DNA of 64,000 bases from Elainellaceae cyanobacterium (GCA_051117555.1 JBNPEG010000048.1:72267-136266); one strand, 5' to 3'; shown: positions 30,815-42,627, counted from the stretch's first letter. The notes: generated from the sequence alone by a model not told the origin. Numbers and translations: made by a program.

Positions 30815-31864
30815 CTATGACCCTCCTGCTTTTTTACTGAACACAATAAAAATGGTTTTCAGAATCAACTTAATGTCATACAGGAGACTCCAGTTTTTCT
30901 GATAATTCAGGTCAAGTTTAATCACATCTTCAAAATTTTTAACCGTAGATCGACCGTTCACCTGCCATTCACCTGTCATACCAGGCTTCACATCGAGTCG
31001 CTGCCACTGGGGGATTTCATATTTATCAATTTCATCAGGAGTGGGGGGGCGAGTGCCCACTAAACTCATTTCACCCTTCAAGACATTCCAGAATTGAGGT
31101 AATTCATCAAGACTCGTCTTCCGCAAAAACCGACCGACTCGTGTAATTCTTGGGTCTTTTTTTATTTTGAAGATAGCGCCTTCAGCCTCATTTTGAGCTT
31201 CCAATTCGGCCTTTAATTCTTCAGCATTAGTCACCATCGATCGAAACTTCCACATTTTGAAGCTTCCCCCCATCCAGGAACATCGAATTTGCCCGAATAA
31301 AATGGGCCCCGGATCATCGAGCTGAATGGCGATCGCAATTGGAATAAATAAAATTGCAGTGATTCCTAGACCCACAAGCGCCCCGAGGATGTCAACCGCT
31401 CGTTTTGCCTTTGAATTTACAGAGGGATGAGTCGTAGGCAGAGTGGGCTTTTTCTGTCGGAAGCGATCCTTCGGGGATTGCAACGTTCCCGTCAAACCGT
31501 CTCCTACGTTGGTTTGCCGAATCGTAAATACTGTATCTAAACTGGCTGTTGTCAGTGCCAACATAGGCTGCAATGACACGTTAAGCAAAATGAGCTCAAG
31601 ATCATGCTGCCGAGCCGTCTCCCTGATTTTGGCGAGAGCTCCAAGGCCGCTGCTGTCCATAAAATGAGTTTGATTAAAGTCGAGTTCAGCTCGAACTAAG
31701 TTTGGGTTGCTCTGACAAATCTGCTGGAACGCTTGCCTGAAGTCAACGGCTTCTAACACCGTGAGCACAGAAGGCACTGTTATCAGACCGACTCGATCAA
31801 GAATTTCGACCTGATAGCCTCCATATTCTGATTTATTAATTTCTGATCTGCTAATCATAGTCAA
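30815..31864 (-). CDS. STAS (anti-sigma antagonist) domain-sugar transferase fusion
   Basis: FMDSSGLGAL STAS motif plus complete Bac_transf domain. Confidence 0.9.
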   Translation of the reverse strand: MTMISRSEINKSEYGGYQVEILDRVGLITVPSVLTVLEAVDFRQAFQQICQSNPNLVRAELDFNQTHFMDSSGLGALAKIRETARQHDLELILLNVSLQPMLALTTASLDTVFTIRQTNVGDGLTGTLQSPKDRFRQKKPTLPTTHPSVNSKAKRAVDILGALVGLGITAILFIPIAIAIQLDDPGPILFGQIRCSWMGGSFKMWKFRSMVTNAEELKAELEAQNEAEGAIFKIKKDPRITRVGRFLRKTSLDELPQFWNVLKGEMSLVGTRPPTPDEIDKYEIPQWQRLDVKPGMTGEWQVNGRSTVKNFEDVIKLDLNYQKNWSLLYDIKLILKTIFIVFSKKAGGS

Positions 31865-32044
31865 CCTAGCTCAATTAATGAATTCTGATGAGGCCGGCTG
31901 CCGGATACATTTTGGAAATCTTTTCTTACTCAGAAAGCTCAAACCAGATTTGGAGCGTGTCCTAATTATCAAGGTTTCCCAGAGAAAAAATTGCATTGAT
32001 CCTGACGCATGGTCTCCTCACTTTTAATACCGTGACGATGACGA

Positions 32045-32677
32045 TTAGGACCCCGTTTTGAGCCGCGTGGTTGGTTCCATGCACAACTCTTTAAGTTGAA
32101 TCGTTGCATTTGCAACTGCCACGCGTTCGCCCGTTGGCACAGGCATGTTAGCGTCCGCGCGAATCGGTCGAGTTTCACCAGAGACAAAGGTTGAACTTGT
32201 CAAGTCACTGGGTAGAAAACCATCATCATTGGGTAGAGAAAAGAGCAGGCGTAGTGTCCAATCGGGCGATCCCCACGACGAATGGAAATTTGTATCGATT
32301 CGCAGAAAAATGCACGCCGGTCTAACAACTGCAATGACCTGACGATTAAGAGAGGCTGAGCTAGCCGATGGATGTTTAACGGATGACATGGTTCCAACCA
32401 GGCGATCGCGCGCATCGAAAAATTTGAAGATCCAGTTACTCAACTCATATCGGCCAAAATTAGGTAAGAAAGGCACCTGGTCGACGGCTTGTCGATTGTA
32501 GGAGAAGGTTCCTAAAAACCGTCCCCCTGATAGACAGGGTTCTCCGACCGAATTCATAAATCGCCCTGCTAGGTCAAAGGTCAATTCTTCCGGTTCAGAG
32601 GGAGAAGACTGGGAAATTACGTTTAAACGAGAGGCTGGAGTTGCTACGGTCGTATTCTGAGTAGAGATATGGGTCAT
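32045..32677 (-). CDS. Hypothetical beta-rich protein
   Basis: 210 aa ORF, GAGGA RBS. Confidence 0.65.
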   Translation of the reverse strand: MTHISTQNTTVATPASRLNVISQSSPSEPEELTFDLAGRFMNSVGEPCLSGGRFLGTFSYNRQAVDQVPFLPNFGRYELSNWIFKFFDARDRLVGTMSSVKHPSASSASLNRQVIAVVRPACIFLRIDTNFHSSWGSPDWTLRLLFSLPNDDGFLPSDLTSSTFVSGETRPIRADANMPVPTGERVAVANATIQLKELCMEPTTRLKTGS

Positions 32678-33718
32678 GGAGTGATCCTCGAACTCAGTCG
32701 AATTTGGCTAGAGATAAAAAAAGGCGAAATGTAGACGGCAGACTGGATACACAAAAAATGAATGGAAGCATGGAATGAGGACTAGTAAGCCTCATCTCCA
32801 TGACGTCAATGCATGTCAATCGATGGGTTGACAACACAATATTGATGGTCAGCAAACGTGCAGAATATGCCAGTCGACGTCCATCGGGAATCTCCTCCTA
32901 ATGAATTTGATCCCAGATATCCATAGCCAGATATCCATAGACGTTTGCAGTGATTCAAAAGAGCTTGTCAAAAAAGAATTTTAAGAATTAGGTGATGACT
33001 CTGGATTACAAAAGACTGCAACTGACTTTTTGTAATATTTACAGCGGGTGTGTGGCTAGGGATTTCACGGAACTTCAATCAAAAAATAAGATTAGATCCT
33101 ACGTAAATTTACGAGTAAAACTACTGAGTCCTTGATATATCTGGCTTGGGTGCTGATTTCTGTAATGGAGCATCCGTAAAGAAATGACAAAGCCTAGCCA
33201 GTGTCCGTCCAAGAGGGGATTTAGCTTTTAGGACAATTAAAAGTGCATAGTCTTGGTTAACTGACAGAGCGTGCAGTTATCAAGCAACGAGTATCAATTC
33301 GTCGTTGTAATCCTAAGAAGACAAACTTTTGTGTAAGAAGTCAGCCCATCTCAAAGAGAGGACGCCAAAGGATTGATAGACTTTGAAAGGTAGATTTAAG
33401 AATCTACAAAATCTGAATCGGTCATGAGCTTGCCTAATAGTCCCGCGATCGCTGACTAGCTCCTGTATCAAGGATATTGCGATTCAAATCAGCCTTGGGA
33501 TATACCACGATACTTCCGAGATAGACATTTACATTGCGAAAATTTGATTAATTTTTCTTAGCGTGTTGTGAATGCCTTCGATGGTAAGCATGGATAGAGT
33601 GAGTTTATTCACCGTTCGACCGGTCTAATTGAGATAGATCTGGGTTGTAACAGAACACTTGAAATTTTTTACAAATCGTCTTGTTCGGCACGCACGATAG
33701 CAAAATTTGGGAGGAGAC

Positions 33719-35011
33719 ATGAATATCGCCGTTGTAGGTCTAAGTCATAAAACTGCACCTGTAGACATTCGAGAAAAGCTTAGTATCCCAACTCCACAGG
33801 TTGAGGCGGCGATCGCCCAACTCAAAAGCTACCCTCATATTGAAGAAGTCACCATCTTAAGCACCTGCAACCGTTTAGAACTCTATGCCGTCACCCGCGA
33901 AACCGAACACGGCATTCGTGAGATTGGGCAATTTTTGGCTGAGTATGGCAAACTTCCGCTTTACGAGCTACGCCCCTATTTGTTTACCCTGCTGCACCAT
34001 GATGCCGTCATGCATCTGATGCGGGTGGCGGCAGGGCTTGATAGTTTGGTGCTAGGTGAGGGGCAAATTTTGTCTCAGGTGAAGCACACCCACAAAATTG
34101 GACAACAACACAACGGGATTGGGCGCATTCTCAATCGGCTATTTAAGCAAGCTATTACGGCGGGTAAGCGGGTGCGGACTGAAACCAGCATCGGAACCGG
34201 AGCAGTGTCAATCAGCTCTGCTGCCGTTGAGCTAGCGCAGGTCAAAGTCGACAATTTAGCAGACTGCCGAGTTGCTATTTTGGGCGCAGGCAAGATGGCG
34301 CGTCTTCTGGTTCAGCACTTGATTTCAAAAGGTGCCAGTCAAATTTCGATTGTGAATCGTTCGCTCAAGAGCGCTCAAGAACTGGCTCAGCAGTTTAAAG
34401 GAGTCGACCTCAAGGTGCACCTCTTAGCGGATATAGGACAGGTTGTTGCGGAGTCCCATCTCGTATTCACGAGCACGGGCGCAACCGAGCCCTTGTTGAA
34501 CCGCTCAAAGCTAGAGCAAATTTTGGCACCCAATCAGCCGTTGATGATTTTTGACATCGCCGTGCCGCGTAACGTCGATGCTGATGCCAATGATTTAGAT
34601 CATGTGCAGTCGTTTAATGTAGATGATCTCAAGGCTGTCGTGGCTCAAAATCAAGAAAGTCGTCGGCAGATGGCAATGGAAGCCGAAGAACTTCTCGAAG
34701 AAGAGGTTGATGCCTTTGAAGTCTGGTGGCGATCGCTCGAAACCGTGTCTACAATCAGCAGCCTGCGCGATAAGGTCGAAACCATTCGAGAACAGGAACT
34801 AGAGAAAGCGCTTTCCCGGTTGGGGTCTGAGTTTGCTGAAAAGCATCAAGAAATTATCGAAGCGCTGACTCGCGGCATTGTCAACAAGATTTTGCACGAC
34901 CCCATGGTGCAGCTTCGGGCTCAACAAGACATCGAAGCTCGCCGACACGCCATGCAGACGCTCCATCTGTTGTTTAATCTAGAGACCGTATCAAACCAAA
35001 AGTATAGCTAG
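33719..35011 (+). CDS. hemA: Glutamyl-tRNA reductase
   Basis: [36 protein letters not shown]. Confidence 0.97.
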   Translation: MNIAVVGLSHKTAPVDIREKLSIPTPQVEAAIAQLKSYPHIEEVTILSTCNRLELYAVTRETEHGIREIGQFLAEYGKLPLYELRPYLFTLLHHDAVMHLMRVAAGLDSLVLGEGQILSQVKHTHKIGQQHNGIGRILNRLFKQAITAGKRVRTETSIGTGAVSISSAAVELAQVKVDNLADCRVAILGAGKMARLLVQHLISKGASQISIVNRSLKSAQELAQQFKGVDLKVHLLADIGQVVAESHLVFTSTGATEPLLNRSKLEQILAPNQPLMIFDIAVPRNVDADANDLDHVQSFNVDDLKAVVAQNQESRRQMAMEAEELLEEEVDAFEVWWRSLETVSTISSLRDKVETIREQELEKALSRLGSEFAEKHQEIIEALTRGIVNKILHDPMVQLRAQQDIEARRHAMQTLHLLFNLETVSNQKYS

Positions 35012-35074
35012 CAAACAACAAACACGACGGCAGCCGTATGATGAGAACCGTTAGCCTAGAGATATCTTGATTGA

Positions 35075-38000
35075 GTGGGCGATTCTCTCATGGTCACAAA
35101 CACGCCGTCGTCACAGCCATCATCTGAGCGTAAGCGCATCCACTATTTGCGGTGGATTGTGATTGTCATTGGGGCGATCGCCCTTGGTGATATCGCCACA
35201 ACGCTACTTGCAGAGGGCTTTTGGTTTCAGGAAGTCGATTTTCTGAGAGTCTTTCAAATTCGGCTGAAAACGCAGGGTGGACTTGTATTGGTTGGGTTTG
35301 GCATCAGTGCGGGCGTGCTGCTATTTAATCAAGCCATCGCCCGCAAGCTAGCCTGGTCAGGTGCTGATGGCGCCAACGCGCCTCCGTTACCCGCTCGCAT
35401 GGGGATTATTCGATTACTGCCCCTCTCGTTTGGGCTGAGTTTGATATTGGGCATGATGGTGATTTATTACGGACAAATTGCCATCAGCCACTGGCACCCC
35501 AACCTGAGCCTCTATCAAGCCTCTTCGACCATTCCGGCAAATTTTCGCCCTGCGTCTATTCTGCAAATTGGACAAACGCTCCAAGATCGGCCATGGCAGT
35601 TGGGCGTACTAATTGCTTCAGCGATCGCGCTGCTGATTTATCCTCAATTTTTGCTTCGGGCGACCGCCGTTCTCATGAGTGTCGGGTTCGGGCTAGTCAT
35701 GTCAGAACAGTGGGATAAGCTCCTGCTGTTTCTTTCCCCAACTTCCTTCGAAAATTCTGACCCGCTATTTGGTAACGACATTAGTTTCTATATCTTTCAA
35801 CTGCCCATTTGGGAAGTCTTAAATTTCTGGCTGATTGGGCTAGCGGTTTGGATATTGGCATCCGTCAGCTTGATCTATCTACTCTCTGGCAATAGTTTGA
35901 GCCAAGGGCAATTTCCAGGATTTTCTCCCGATCAACAGCGCCACCTCCACGGGCTAGGAGGCGGGCTGATGCTAATCGTGGCATTAAGCTACTGGCTCGA
36001 TCGCTACGAGCTGCTGTATTCTCCCCAAGGTGTAACCTTTGGTGCGAGCTATACCAATGTCGTTGCCCAACTACCTGCCTATTCCATACTCAGTATTGCC
36101 GCACTGATCATCGGCATCATTTTGATTTGGCGAGCTATCGTCTGGAAACGTTTCCGGAGATTTGGCCAAACAGGCGATCGCCCCCCATCTCGATCATCAC
36201 GCACTGATTTAACAACTCATCAGAACGCTGCCTATCGCTCTCCACAATCTCGGCCAATCCCATCATCCGCGTCGTCTCAGACTCGCAATCTTGATAGGTC
36301 GTCACCGTCTCAGGGCGGCGCGACACAAACGACGCTCCGTAAGTCGAGTTATGAGAATCGGAGGCAACTAAACGGGGATGCGAATGGGCGATCGGGAAAT
36401 GGGCGAACTCGTGTAGTCTCAACGTCTCCTGAGTCTGCCCCATTTGCTGGGTCAGCGCCCCCGTTAAGACCTGTCGTCAGTGTACTCACCGCCTATGTGA
36501 TTGCAGCGGCGATCGCCGGATTAGTTTTACCGGCACTGGTTCAGCGCATCATCGTTCAGCCCAATGAACTGGAGCGAGAACGCCCCTACATCGAACATTC
36601 GATCGCGCTCACTCGCGACGCCTTCGACCTAAGTAATATTGAGGTTGAGACGTTTAATCCACAAATGGCGCTCACCTACGAAGAACTTCAACAAAATGAC
36701 CTCACCGTCAACAATATCCGGCTTTGGGATACGCGTCCTCTCCTCGAAACCAATCGCCAACTGCAACGCATCCGCCTATATTATGAATTTCCAGATGCAG
36801 ATATTGATCGATATACTCTCAGGTCATCCGCCGACAGCGAGCCCGAACGACGACAGGTTTTAATTGCTGCCCGAGAGCTAGACTATAGCGCCGTGCCTGA
36901 AGAGGCAAAAACCTGGGTCAACCGCCATCTGATTTATACTCACGGATACGGCTTTACTCTAAGTCCGGTAAATACGGCGGGGCCAGGAGGGCTGCCCGAC
37001 TACTTTATTCGCGGCATTGAACATGTGGCGAGTAGCGACGCTATTCAAGAGAGCATCCCCGTCGGGCAACCCCGCATCTATTATGGCGAGATGACAGACA
37101 ACTATGTGATGACCCGCACCCGCGTGCGAGAGCTTGACTTTCCTAGCGGAAGCGACAACGTCTACAACTCCTATGACGGCGCCGGGGGGATTTCGATTGG
37201 TGCGTATTGGCGACGGTTGCTGTTTGCCAAACACCTAAAAGACTGGCGAATGTTATTCACTGAAGACTTTACGCCTGATACTCGATTCTTGTTTCGCCGC
37301 ACTATTGCCGACCGAGTCAAGGCGATCGCCCCATTTCTGCGATATGACACTGACCCCTATTTGGTCGTCGCTGATACCGGGCAATCTCGCAATCGTAGTG
37401 GTTCAAATAATTATCTATATTGGATTATTGACGCCTATATCACGAGCGATCGCTATCCCTACTCAGACCCCAATGAAAACGACTTCAACTACATTCGCAA
37501 TTCTGTCAAAGTCTTAGTAGATGCCTATCACGGATCAGTGACGTTTTACGTGGCCGACCCGAGCGATCCGATCATTCAAAGCTGGAACAAAATTTTCCCG
37601 AATATGCTGCGTCCGCTCAGCGACATGCCCGACACGCTGCGGGAACACATTCGCTATCCTCAAGATTATTATCAGGTGCAGTCTGATCAGCTCATGACCT
37701 ATCACATGACTGATCCACAAGTGTTTTATAACCGGGAAGACAAGTGGCGAGCACCTAGCGAAATCTATGCTAGCGAGCAGCAGCAGGTCAAACCCTACTA
37801 TCTTCTAATGAGGTTGCCGAATGCGGAGACGGGCGAATTTATTTTGCTGCGACCGTTTACCCCCGCTCAACGACGAAATTTGATTGCCTGGCTAGCCGCT
37901 CGATCCGATGGACAGCAGTATGGCACGATGCTGCTTTATAGTTTCCCGAAACAAGAGCTGGTTTATGGGCCTGAGCAAATCGAAGCCCGCATAAACCAAG

Positions 38001-38389
38001 ACCCGATCATCTCTCAACAAATTTCGCTGTGGAATCGGCAAGGTTCACGGGCAATTCAAGGCAATTTGCTCGTCATCCCCATTGAGCAATCGCTGCTTTA
38101 TGTTGAACCCCTCTATCTAGAGGCCGAACAAAATCGGCTGCCCACCCTCGTCCGCGTGATTGTGGCGTATGAAAATCGCATCGCGATGGCTCCATCACTC
38201 AGTGAAGCGCTAAGAGGCGTGTTTCAAGCAGAAGGAGATAATACAACGACGATCATTCGTCCGGTTGAGGAGGAGTTAATCGCGCCGTTGAACCAGCCAC
38301 CCGGTACGGAGACTCCTGAAACGGAGGGCGGAACAGTAGATGGGACGCTAGAGAATCAGGTTGAAGGAGAGATACCAAGTCCGCAGTAA
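35075..38389 (+). CDS. UPF0182 family membrane protein
   Basis: [47 protein letters not shown]. Confidence 0.92.
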   Translation: MGDSLMVTNTPSSQPSSERKRIHYLRWIVIVIGAIALGDIATTLLAEGFWFQEVDFLRVFQIRLKTQGGLVLVGFGISAGVLLFNQAIARKLAWSGADGANAPPLPARMGIIRLLPLSFGLSLILGMMVIYYGQIAISHWHPNLSLYQASSTIPANFRPASILQIGQTLQDRPWQLGVLIASAIALLIYPQFLLRATAVLMSVGFGLVMSEQWDKLLLFLSPTSFENSDPLFGNDISFYIFQLPIWEVLNFWLIGLAVWILASVSLIYLLSGNSLSQGQFPGFSPDQQRHLHGLGGGLMLIVALSYWLDRYELLYSPQGVTFGASYTNVVAQLPAYSILSIAALIIGIILIWRAIVWKRFRRFGQTGDRPPSRSSRTDLTTHQNAAYRSPQSRPIPSSASSQTRNLDRSSPSQGGATQTTLRKSSYENRRQLNGDANGRSGNGRTRVVSTSPESAPFAGSAPPLRPVVSVLTAYVIAAAIAGLVLPALVQRIIVQPNELERERPYIEHSIALTRDAFDLSNIEVETFNPQMALTYEELQQNDLTVNNIRLWDTRPLLETNRQLQRIRLYYEFPDADIDRYTLRSSADSEPERRQVLIAARELDYSAVPEEAKTWVNRHLIYTHGYGFTLSPVNTAGPGGLPDYFIRGIEHVASSDAIQESIPVGQPRIYYGEMTDNYVMTRTRVRELDFPSGSDNVYNSYDGAGGISIGAYWRRLLFAKHLKDWRMLFTEDFTPDTRFLFRRTIADRVKAIAPFLRYDTDPYLVVADTGQSRNRSGSNNYLYWIIDAYITSDRYPYSDPNENDFNYIRNSVKVLVDAYHGSVTFYVADPSDPIIQSWNKIFPNMLRPLSDMPDTLREHIRYPQDYYQVQSDQLMTYHMTDPQVFYNREDKWRAPSEIYASEQQQVKPYYLLMRLPNAETGEFILLRPFTPAQRRNLIAWLAARSDGQQYGTMLLYSFPKQELVYGPEQIEARINQDPIISQQISLWNRQGSRAIQGNLLVIPIEQSLLYVEPLYLEAEQNRLPTLVRVIVAYENRIAMAPSLSEALRGVFQAEGDNTTTIIRPVEEELIAPLNQPPGTETPETEGGTVDGTLENQVEGEIPSPQ

Positions 38390-38397
38390 AGAATTTA

Positions 38398-38538
38398 TAC
38401 TAATCCTCGGAAGTCTGGCGCAGATCCAGGTAGGGACGGTTTGCGTAGCGCCCGCGACATCCGAAAAACGTGCTAGCTAGCGTCTCCTTTAGAGAAACCG
38501 CCCCTGCGAAAGCTAAAATATGCCGGAAAGGATTAATG
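38398..38538. mobile_element. Degenerate family-A-related MITE with internal REP
   Basis: TTA-TACTAATCCTCGGAAG left end, AGGATTAAT right end; internal GTAGGGACGGTTT..AAACCGCCCCT. Confidence 0.5.
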
Positions 38539-39753
38539 CTATGTGGCCAGTCCCCACGTCCCGTTTAGACTAATTTCTTCACAAAATTGTCGAATCTCAT
38601 TCGTAGATGTTTCAAGCAGATTTTGGGCTTCAATAGTTAATGATTGATATCCTTCTGCGATTTCTTCTCCAAAGCCACCAGCTTCGAGATGGCGAATGAG
38701 AGATTGAATGATTGGTGTGGCGACGCTGATGCCAAAAAGGGCATTAAATCCTGCGACGACGACAGGTGCAGATAGCAAAATCGTTAATTCGGGAAATAAT
38801 GCTAAGACTGCTATCAAGATTAGGAAGAAGATGGGAGCCATAATTCCAGCACTAATAGCAGCTTCAAAGATGCGATCACGGTATTCATCAATTGAAATAT
38901 CCCCTCGGTACAGATCGAGAGAATAGGAGACTGCGGTGACGACAGCTTGAGTCAAAATAGCTGTGCCAGTCGCTGCAATACCGAGTTTGGCGATCGCTGC
39001 TGAGTTTTTGAGAATTGAATCAACTGCGTTGTAGACGCGGATATAGATCTGTTCTCCGCCTGTCATGGTGCGCGCACCACGACGAATATTATCAGCACCA
39101 ATTTCCCAGACAACATTATTGGCACCGTTGCCACCACCTTGAGAGTGAGGTTTAACATGACTTCCATGCTTGTCGGATAGAAATTCGCGAATGGTGCGCT
39201 CATTGGCTCCAAGTTTGGACGTCCCTGGAATCTTGTCAAATAGTCCCATCATGTCAGCACTGGAGCGAGGCGTATCATCTATACGAACGCCTGCTGTACG
39301 GAGACGAAGGGCAAGCTTGGGCATCTCTTTTGCTAATTCTTCGACCGTTCGAGGCAAATCTTTGAGTGAGTTGGCGATCGCCACTCCAGAGGCACTCATC
39401 CCAATAACATTTATTTGAGCATCTTCAATCGCTTTGCTGAGGGCATTTAAGCTATATTCAGTGGTTTGTTTCGACTGTTCTTTTAGGTGCTCGATGGTGG
39501 TAAATCCTGATGCTGTGACATCTGAGGTTGTGAGCTTGAGAGTGTCAACCGTCTGATTTACAGTATTAACGCCTTGCTGAATGGCATCATCAGAAGCCTC
39601 TTTGAAATTTTCAATCGCTGTCATTCCAGACGCAGCAATTGCAGCAGTTGTGTTCTTCGTATTTTCGACTGCATGATCGATCGTCTTGGCAGTTTCCTCA
39701 GCTTGTTGCGCAAGTGCCTCTGCCAACCATTTAGCGTGCTCTGAAAGATTCAT
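38539..39753 (-). CDS. Hypothetical protein with HNH-like motif and C-terminal TM helices
   Basis: Helical N-terminus, SHVKPHSQGG..ANN..E...N..RG, hydrophobic C-terminal helices; GGGAG RBS. Confidence 0.75.
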   Translation of the reverse strand: MNLSEHAKWLAEALAQQAEETAKTIDHAVENTKNTTAAIAASGMTAIENFKEASDDAIQQGVNTVNQTVDTLKLTTSDVTASGFTTIEHLKEQSKQTTEYSLNALSKAIEDAQINVIGMSASGVAIANSLKDLPRTVEELAKEMPKLALRLRTAGVRIDDTPRSSADMMGLFDKIPGTSKLGANERTIREFLSDKHGSHVKPHSQGGGNGANNVVWEIGADNIRRGARTMTGGEQIYIRVYNAVDSILKNSAAIAKLGIAATGTAILTQAVVTAVSYSLDLYRGDISIDEYRDRIFEAAISAGIMAPIFFLILIAVLALFPELTILLSAPVVVAGFNALFGISVATPIIQSLIRHLEAGGFGEEIAEGYQSLTIEAQNLLETSTNEIRQFCEEISLNGTWGLAT

Positions 39754-40061
39754 TAAGTAATGCTCCCAGCAAAATTGAGTTGAAGATGATTGTGGACTAA
39801 TCGATTAGGTGATGCTGATTCAGCAAATTAACCTGTCTAGATTCAGCATTCCCGATTAATCAGAAGCACTCGCGCCATCCTCCAAACCTTTCATTTGGGG
39901 GTCTAATGCTTCGCAATATCTATCTCTGACTCAAACGGAAAAGGAACCATGAATGCGTGGCTGAAACCAATATACTTAATGCCGATGGCGATCGCACTTC
40001 GAGACCATCAAATCAGGATTAATTTCACCAAAATTTAATCGAAAACTCTCTGTTGCTTAGC

Positions 40062-40148
40062 TCAACTCTTGAATTCTTTATCGCGCTCTTCCTCATCCAA
40101 ATCAGGATCTTTAAAGCTTATGGCAAGCTTGAAGCATTCGTCTAACAT
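40062..40148 (-). pseudogene. 28-aa N-terminal gene remnant
   Basis: MLDECFKLAISFKDPDLDEEERDKEFKS*, resembling the start of a cyanobacterial 'F.DPDLD.EE' small-protein family. Confidence 0.35.
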
Positions 40149-40234
40149 TGTGCACTCTGGGACTTGAAACTAGTGAACAGAACGGTAGATCGACTGAGTT
40201 GAATATCGGAGAGCGATCGCCATCCAAGACACGA

Positions 40235-40507
40235 AATCGTCAATGTGGCACATCACAATTTTAAAGTGCCATATGCAAACGTCGTTGCGAGTCGTGTAAA
40301 CGTCAATGTGGCACATACAAACGTCAATGTGGCACATGCAAACGTCGTTACGAGTCCTGCAAACGTCAATGTGGCACATACAAACGTCAATGTGGCACAT
40401 GCAAACGTCGTTATGAGTCCTGCAAACGTTAATGTGGCACATACAAACGTCAATGTGGCACATGCAAACGTCGTTGCGAGAGCTGCAAACATTAATGTGA
40501 CCCAGGA
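40235..40507. repeat. 21-bp tandem array (13 units) with 63-bp higher-order period
   Basis: Units AAACGTCAATGTGGCACATrC x2 alternating with AAACGTCGTTryGAGTCCTGC. Confidence 0.95.
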
Positions 40508-40581
40508 ACATTTCAACTGGGTTCAGAGATTACTTCACGGTGTTCGCAATGACTTTATGCTAATTGACTGCTTGCAACTTT

Positions 40582-40773
40582 CTACTGCTTTCTGTCAGTA
40601 TGAAGTAAGCCAGCCTTTCCCCACATATCATCGCTGTAATCTTGGAAAAAGATCATGACCGCTTCTGGGGGTACTCCGTAGGCTTCTTGAAACGCTTCGG
40701 TGATTTGCTTGACCAATAGCTTCCGTTGCTCAATCGTGCGTCCGGGGGATTGCTGAATCGTGATCACAGGCAT
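40582..40773 (-). CDS. 4-oxalocrotonate tautomerase family protein
   Basis: M-P start (catalytic Pro1), GRTIEQRK.LVKQITEA, WGKAG. Confidence 0.88.
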   Translation of the reverse strand: MPVITIQQSPGRTIEQRKLLVKQITEAFQEAYGVPPEAVMIFFQDYSDDMWGKAGLLHTDRKQ

Positions 40774-41136
40774 AGGTTCAATCTCTAATTTCACTGAGGG
40801 TATCGTAGCGGATTAGTGAGTTGTTATATCAAACGGCAGACAGTGGACGATAGTAATCTGGCAATCATGGCACAATTTCAAACTATGTATAAACAAAAGT
40901 TGCCGGGTTAATAAATTACTTGCTAATGCCTTACTTCAGTCATTTGAGTTGTTCTAACACATCTTTCACGTGCTATATCTGAATCAATTACAGCAACCCC
41001 AAAAAGCCAACCATAAATCCCCTCTCATCCTAATGAGAGAATGGAAGGGTGGCAGTGATTACTTCATTAGAGGGATGCTTTAAGCCCATAACTTTGTTAA
41101 TTTGAAAATAGAACAAAGCAATTGGATCTGAAACAT

Positions 41137-41319
41137 ATGGGTATTGAAGATAAAGTAAAAGCAACTGCCAAGAATCTTGAAGGAAAAGCTCAAGAAGCGA
41201 TTGGCGAAGCGAAAGGCGATCCTCAAGAGCGGATGGAAGGTCAAGCAAAGCAAGCTGAGGCTCAGGCTCGTCACACCGCAGAAGATGTGAAAGACGAAGT
41301 GAAGAAGCGAACTGACTAG
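41137..41319 (+). CDS. CsbD family stress protein
   Basis: KNLEGKAQEAIGE.KGD..EGQAKQ. Confidence 0.9.
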   Translation: MGIEDKVKATAKNLEGKAQEAIGEAKGDPQERMEGQAKQAEAQARHTAEDVKDEVKKRTD

Positions 41320-41359
41320 AGTTAGCATTCGCCGATAACAATTTGACTTAATTTTGAGT

Positions 41360-41390
41360 AGGGACATGCATTGCCATGTCCCTTATTTTA
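41360..41390 (+). terminator. Intrinsic terminator after csbD-2
   Basis: AGGGACATG-CATTGC-CATGTCCCT-TATTTT. Confidence 0.7.
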
Positions 41391-41435
41391 TAGAATCTTT
41401 GATTCAAGACTGATAGACTTTAGACCTGTGAGTCA

Positions 41436-42527
41436 ATGCGATCGCCACCCATGAGTTACTTCCGCCCCAATATCGACGCAATGGCAGGCTATGTTCCAGG
41501 AGAACAGCCTGCGCCAGGTACTAAAATCCTCAAGCTCAACACCAATGAAAATCCATATCCGCCCTCTCCCCATGCGATGAACGTATTGCACGAGATTAGT
41601 GGCGAACTGCTGCGTCGATATCCTCATCCCATGGCACGGTCGTTTCAAGATGCGGCGAGTCAAGCGTTAGGGGTTCCTCCAGATTGGATCTTGGTCGGCA
41701 ATGGCAGTGATGATCTGTTAACTATGCTGATGCGAGCCTGCACCGAACCAGGTCGGCGCGTGGTCTATCCCATGCCCACCTACGTGCTCTATCAAACCTT
41801 GGCAAATATTCAAGATGCTGACATTGTTGAAGTTCCCTTTCCTGATGACTACACGTTGCCTGTCAACGCGTTGGTGAATGCAGAAGGCGCAGTCACATTT
41901 GTCGCATCTCCTAATAGCCCATCGGGCACTGGCATGCCAATCGAGCTGCTCGACAAACTTGCTGCTCAACTGTCTGGGATATTGGTGATTGACGAGGCAT
42001 ATGCTGACTTTGCTGACGCTACTGCACTAGACCTCGTGCACGCCTATGACAATGTGATTGTATTGAGAACGCTTTCTAAGGGCTATTCGTTAGCAGGATT
42101 GCGGCTCGGATTTGGCATCGCTAATCCTAGGTTGTTATCGGGGTTGATCAAGGTCAAAGACAGCTACAACGTGGATGCGATCGCCTGTTTAGTCGGTGCC
42201 GCTGCGATCGCCGATCAGACGTATAAAACAGCAATGGCGCAGAAGGTGATTGCAGAACGTCAGGCGATGGCAAATCAGTTTGCTCAGCTAGGGTTCTACG
42301 TCTTTCCCTCGCAGGCCAACTTTTTGTTAGTCCAGCCTCCTGAGCATATTCGCCACGACGGGGCTCCGACAGTAGCCGCATTTCTCTATCAAGAATTGAA
42401 GCAGCGAGGTATCCTCGTCCGCTATTTTAAGCAGCCGCGATTATCAAATAAGCTGCGCGTTACGGTCGGAACGCCGGAGCAAAATGCCCTCCTCTTTCAA
42501 TTGCTGGGTGACATCCTTACGTCATAA
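41436..42527 (+). CDS. hisC: Histidinol-phosphate aminotransferase
   Basis: KLNTNENPY, GNGSDD, PNSP, DEAY, RTLSKGYSLAGLRLG. Confidence 0.93.
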   Translation: MRSPPMSYFRPNIDAMAGYVPGEQPAPGTKILKLNTNENPYPPSPHAMNVLHEISGELLRRYPHPMARSFQDAASQALGVPPDWILVGNGSDDLLTMLMRACTEPGRRVVYPMPTYVLYQTLANIQDADIVEVPFPDDYTLPVNALVNAEGAVTFVASPNSPSGTGMPIELLDKLAAQLSGILVIDEAYADFADATALDLVHAYDNVIVLRTLSKGYSLAGLRLGFGIANPRLLSGLIKVKDSYNVDAIACLVGAAAIADQTYKTAMAQKVIAERQAMANQFAQLGFYVFPSQANFLLVQPPEHIRHDGAPTVAAFLYQELKQRGILVRYFKQPRLSNKLRVTVGTPEQNALLFQLLGDILTS

Positions 42528-42627
42528 CCCGCTGTTCGACGATATCATCAGCGCCAATATTCATTGGATTGCAGACCTAGTACCCCGCCCCTGATTATCA
42601 TGCCCCGATTATGTAATGGGCGACTAA

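Noticed and set aside
40235..40507. CRISPR array
   Set aside because: Contiguous 21-bp units without unique spacers; no cas genes in the window.
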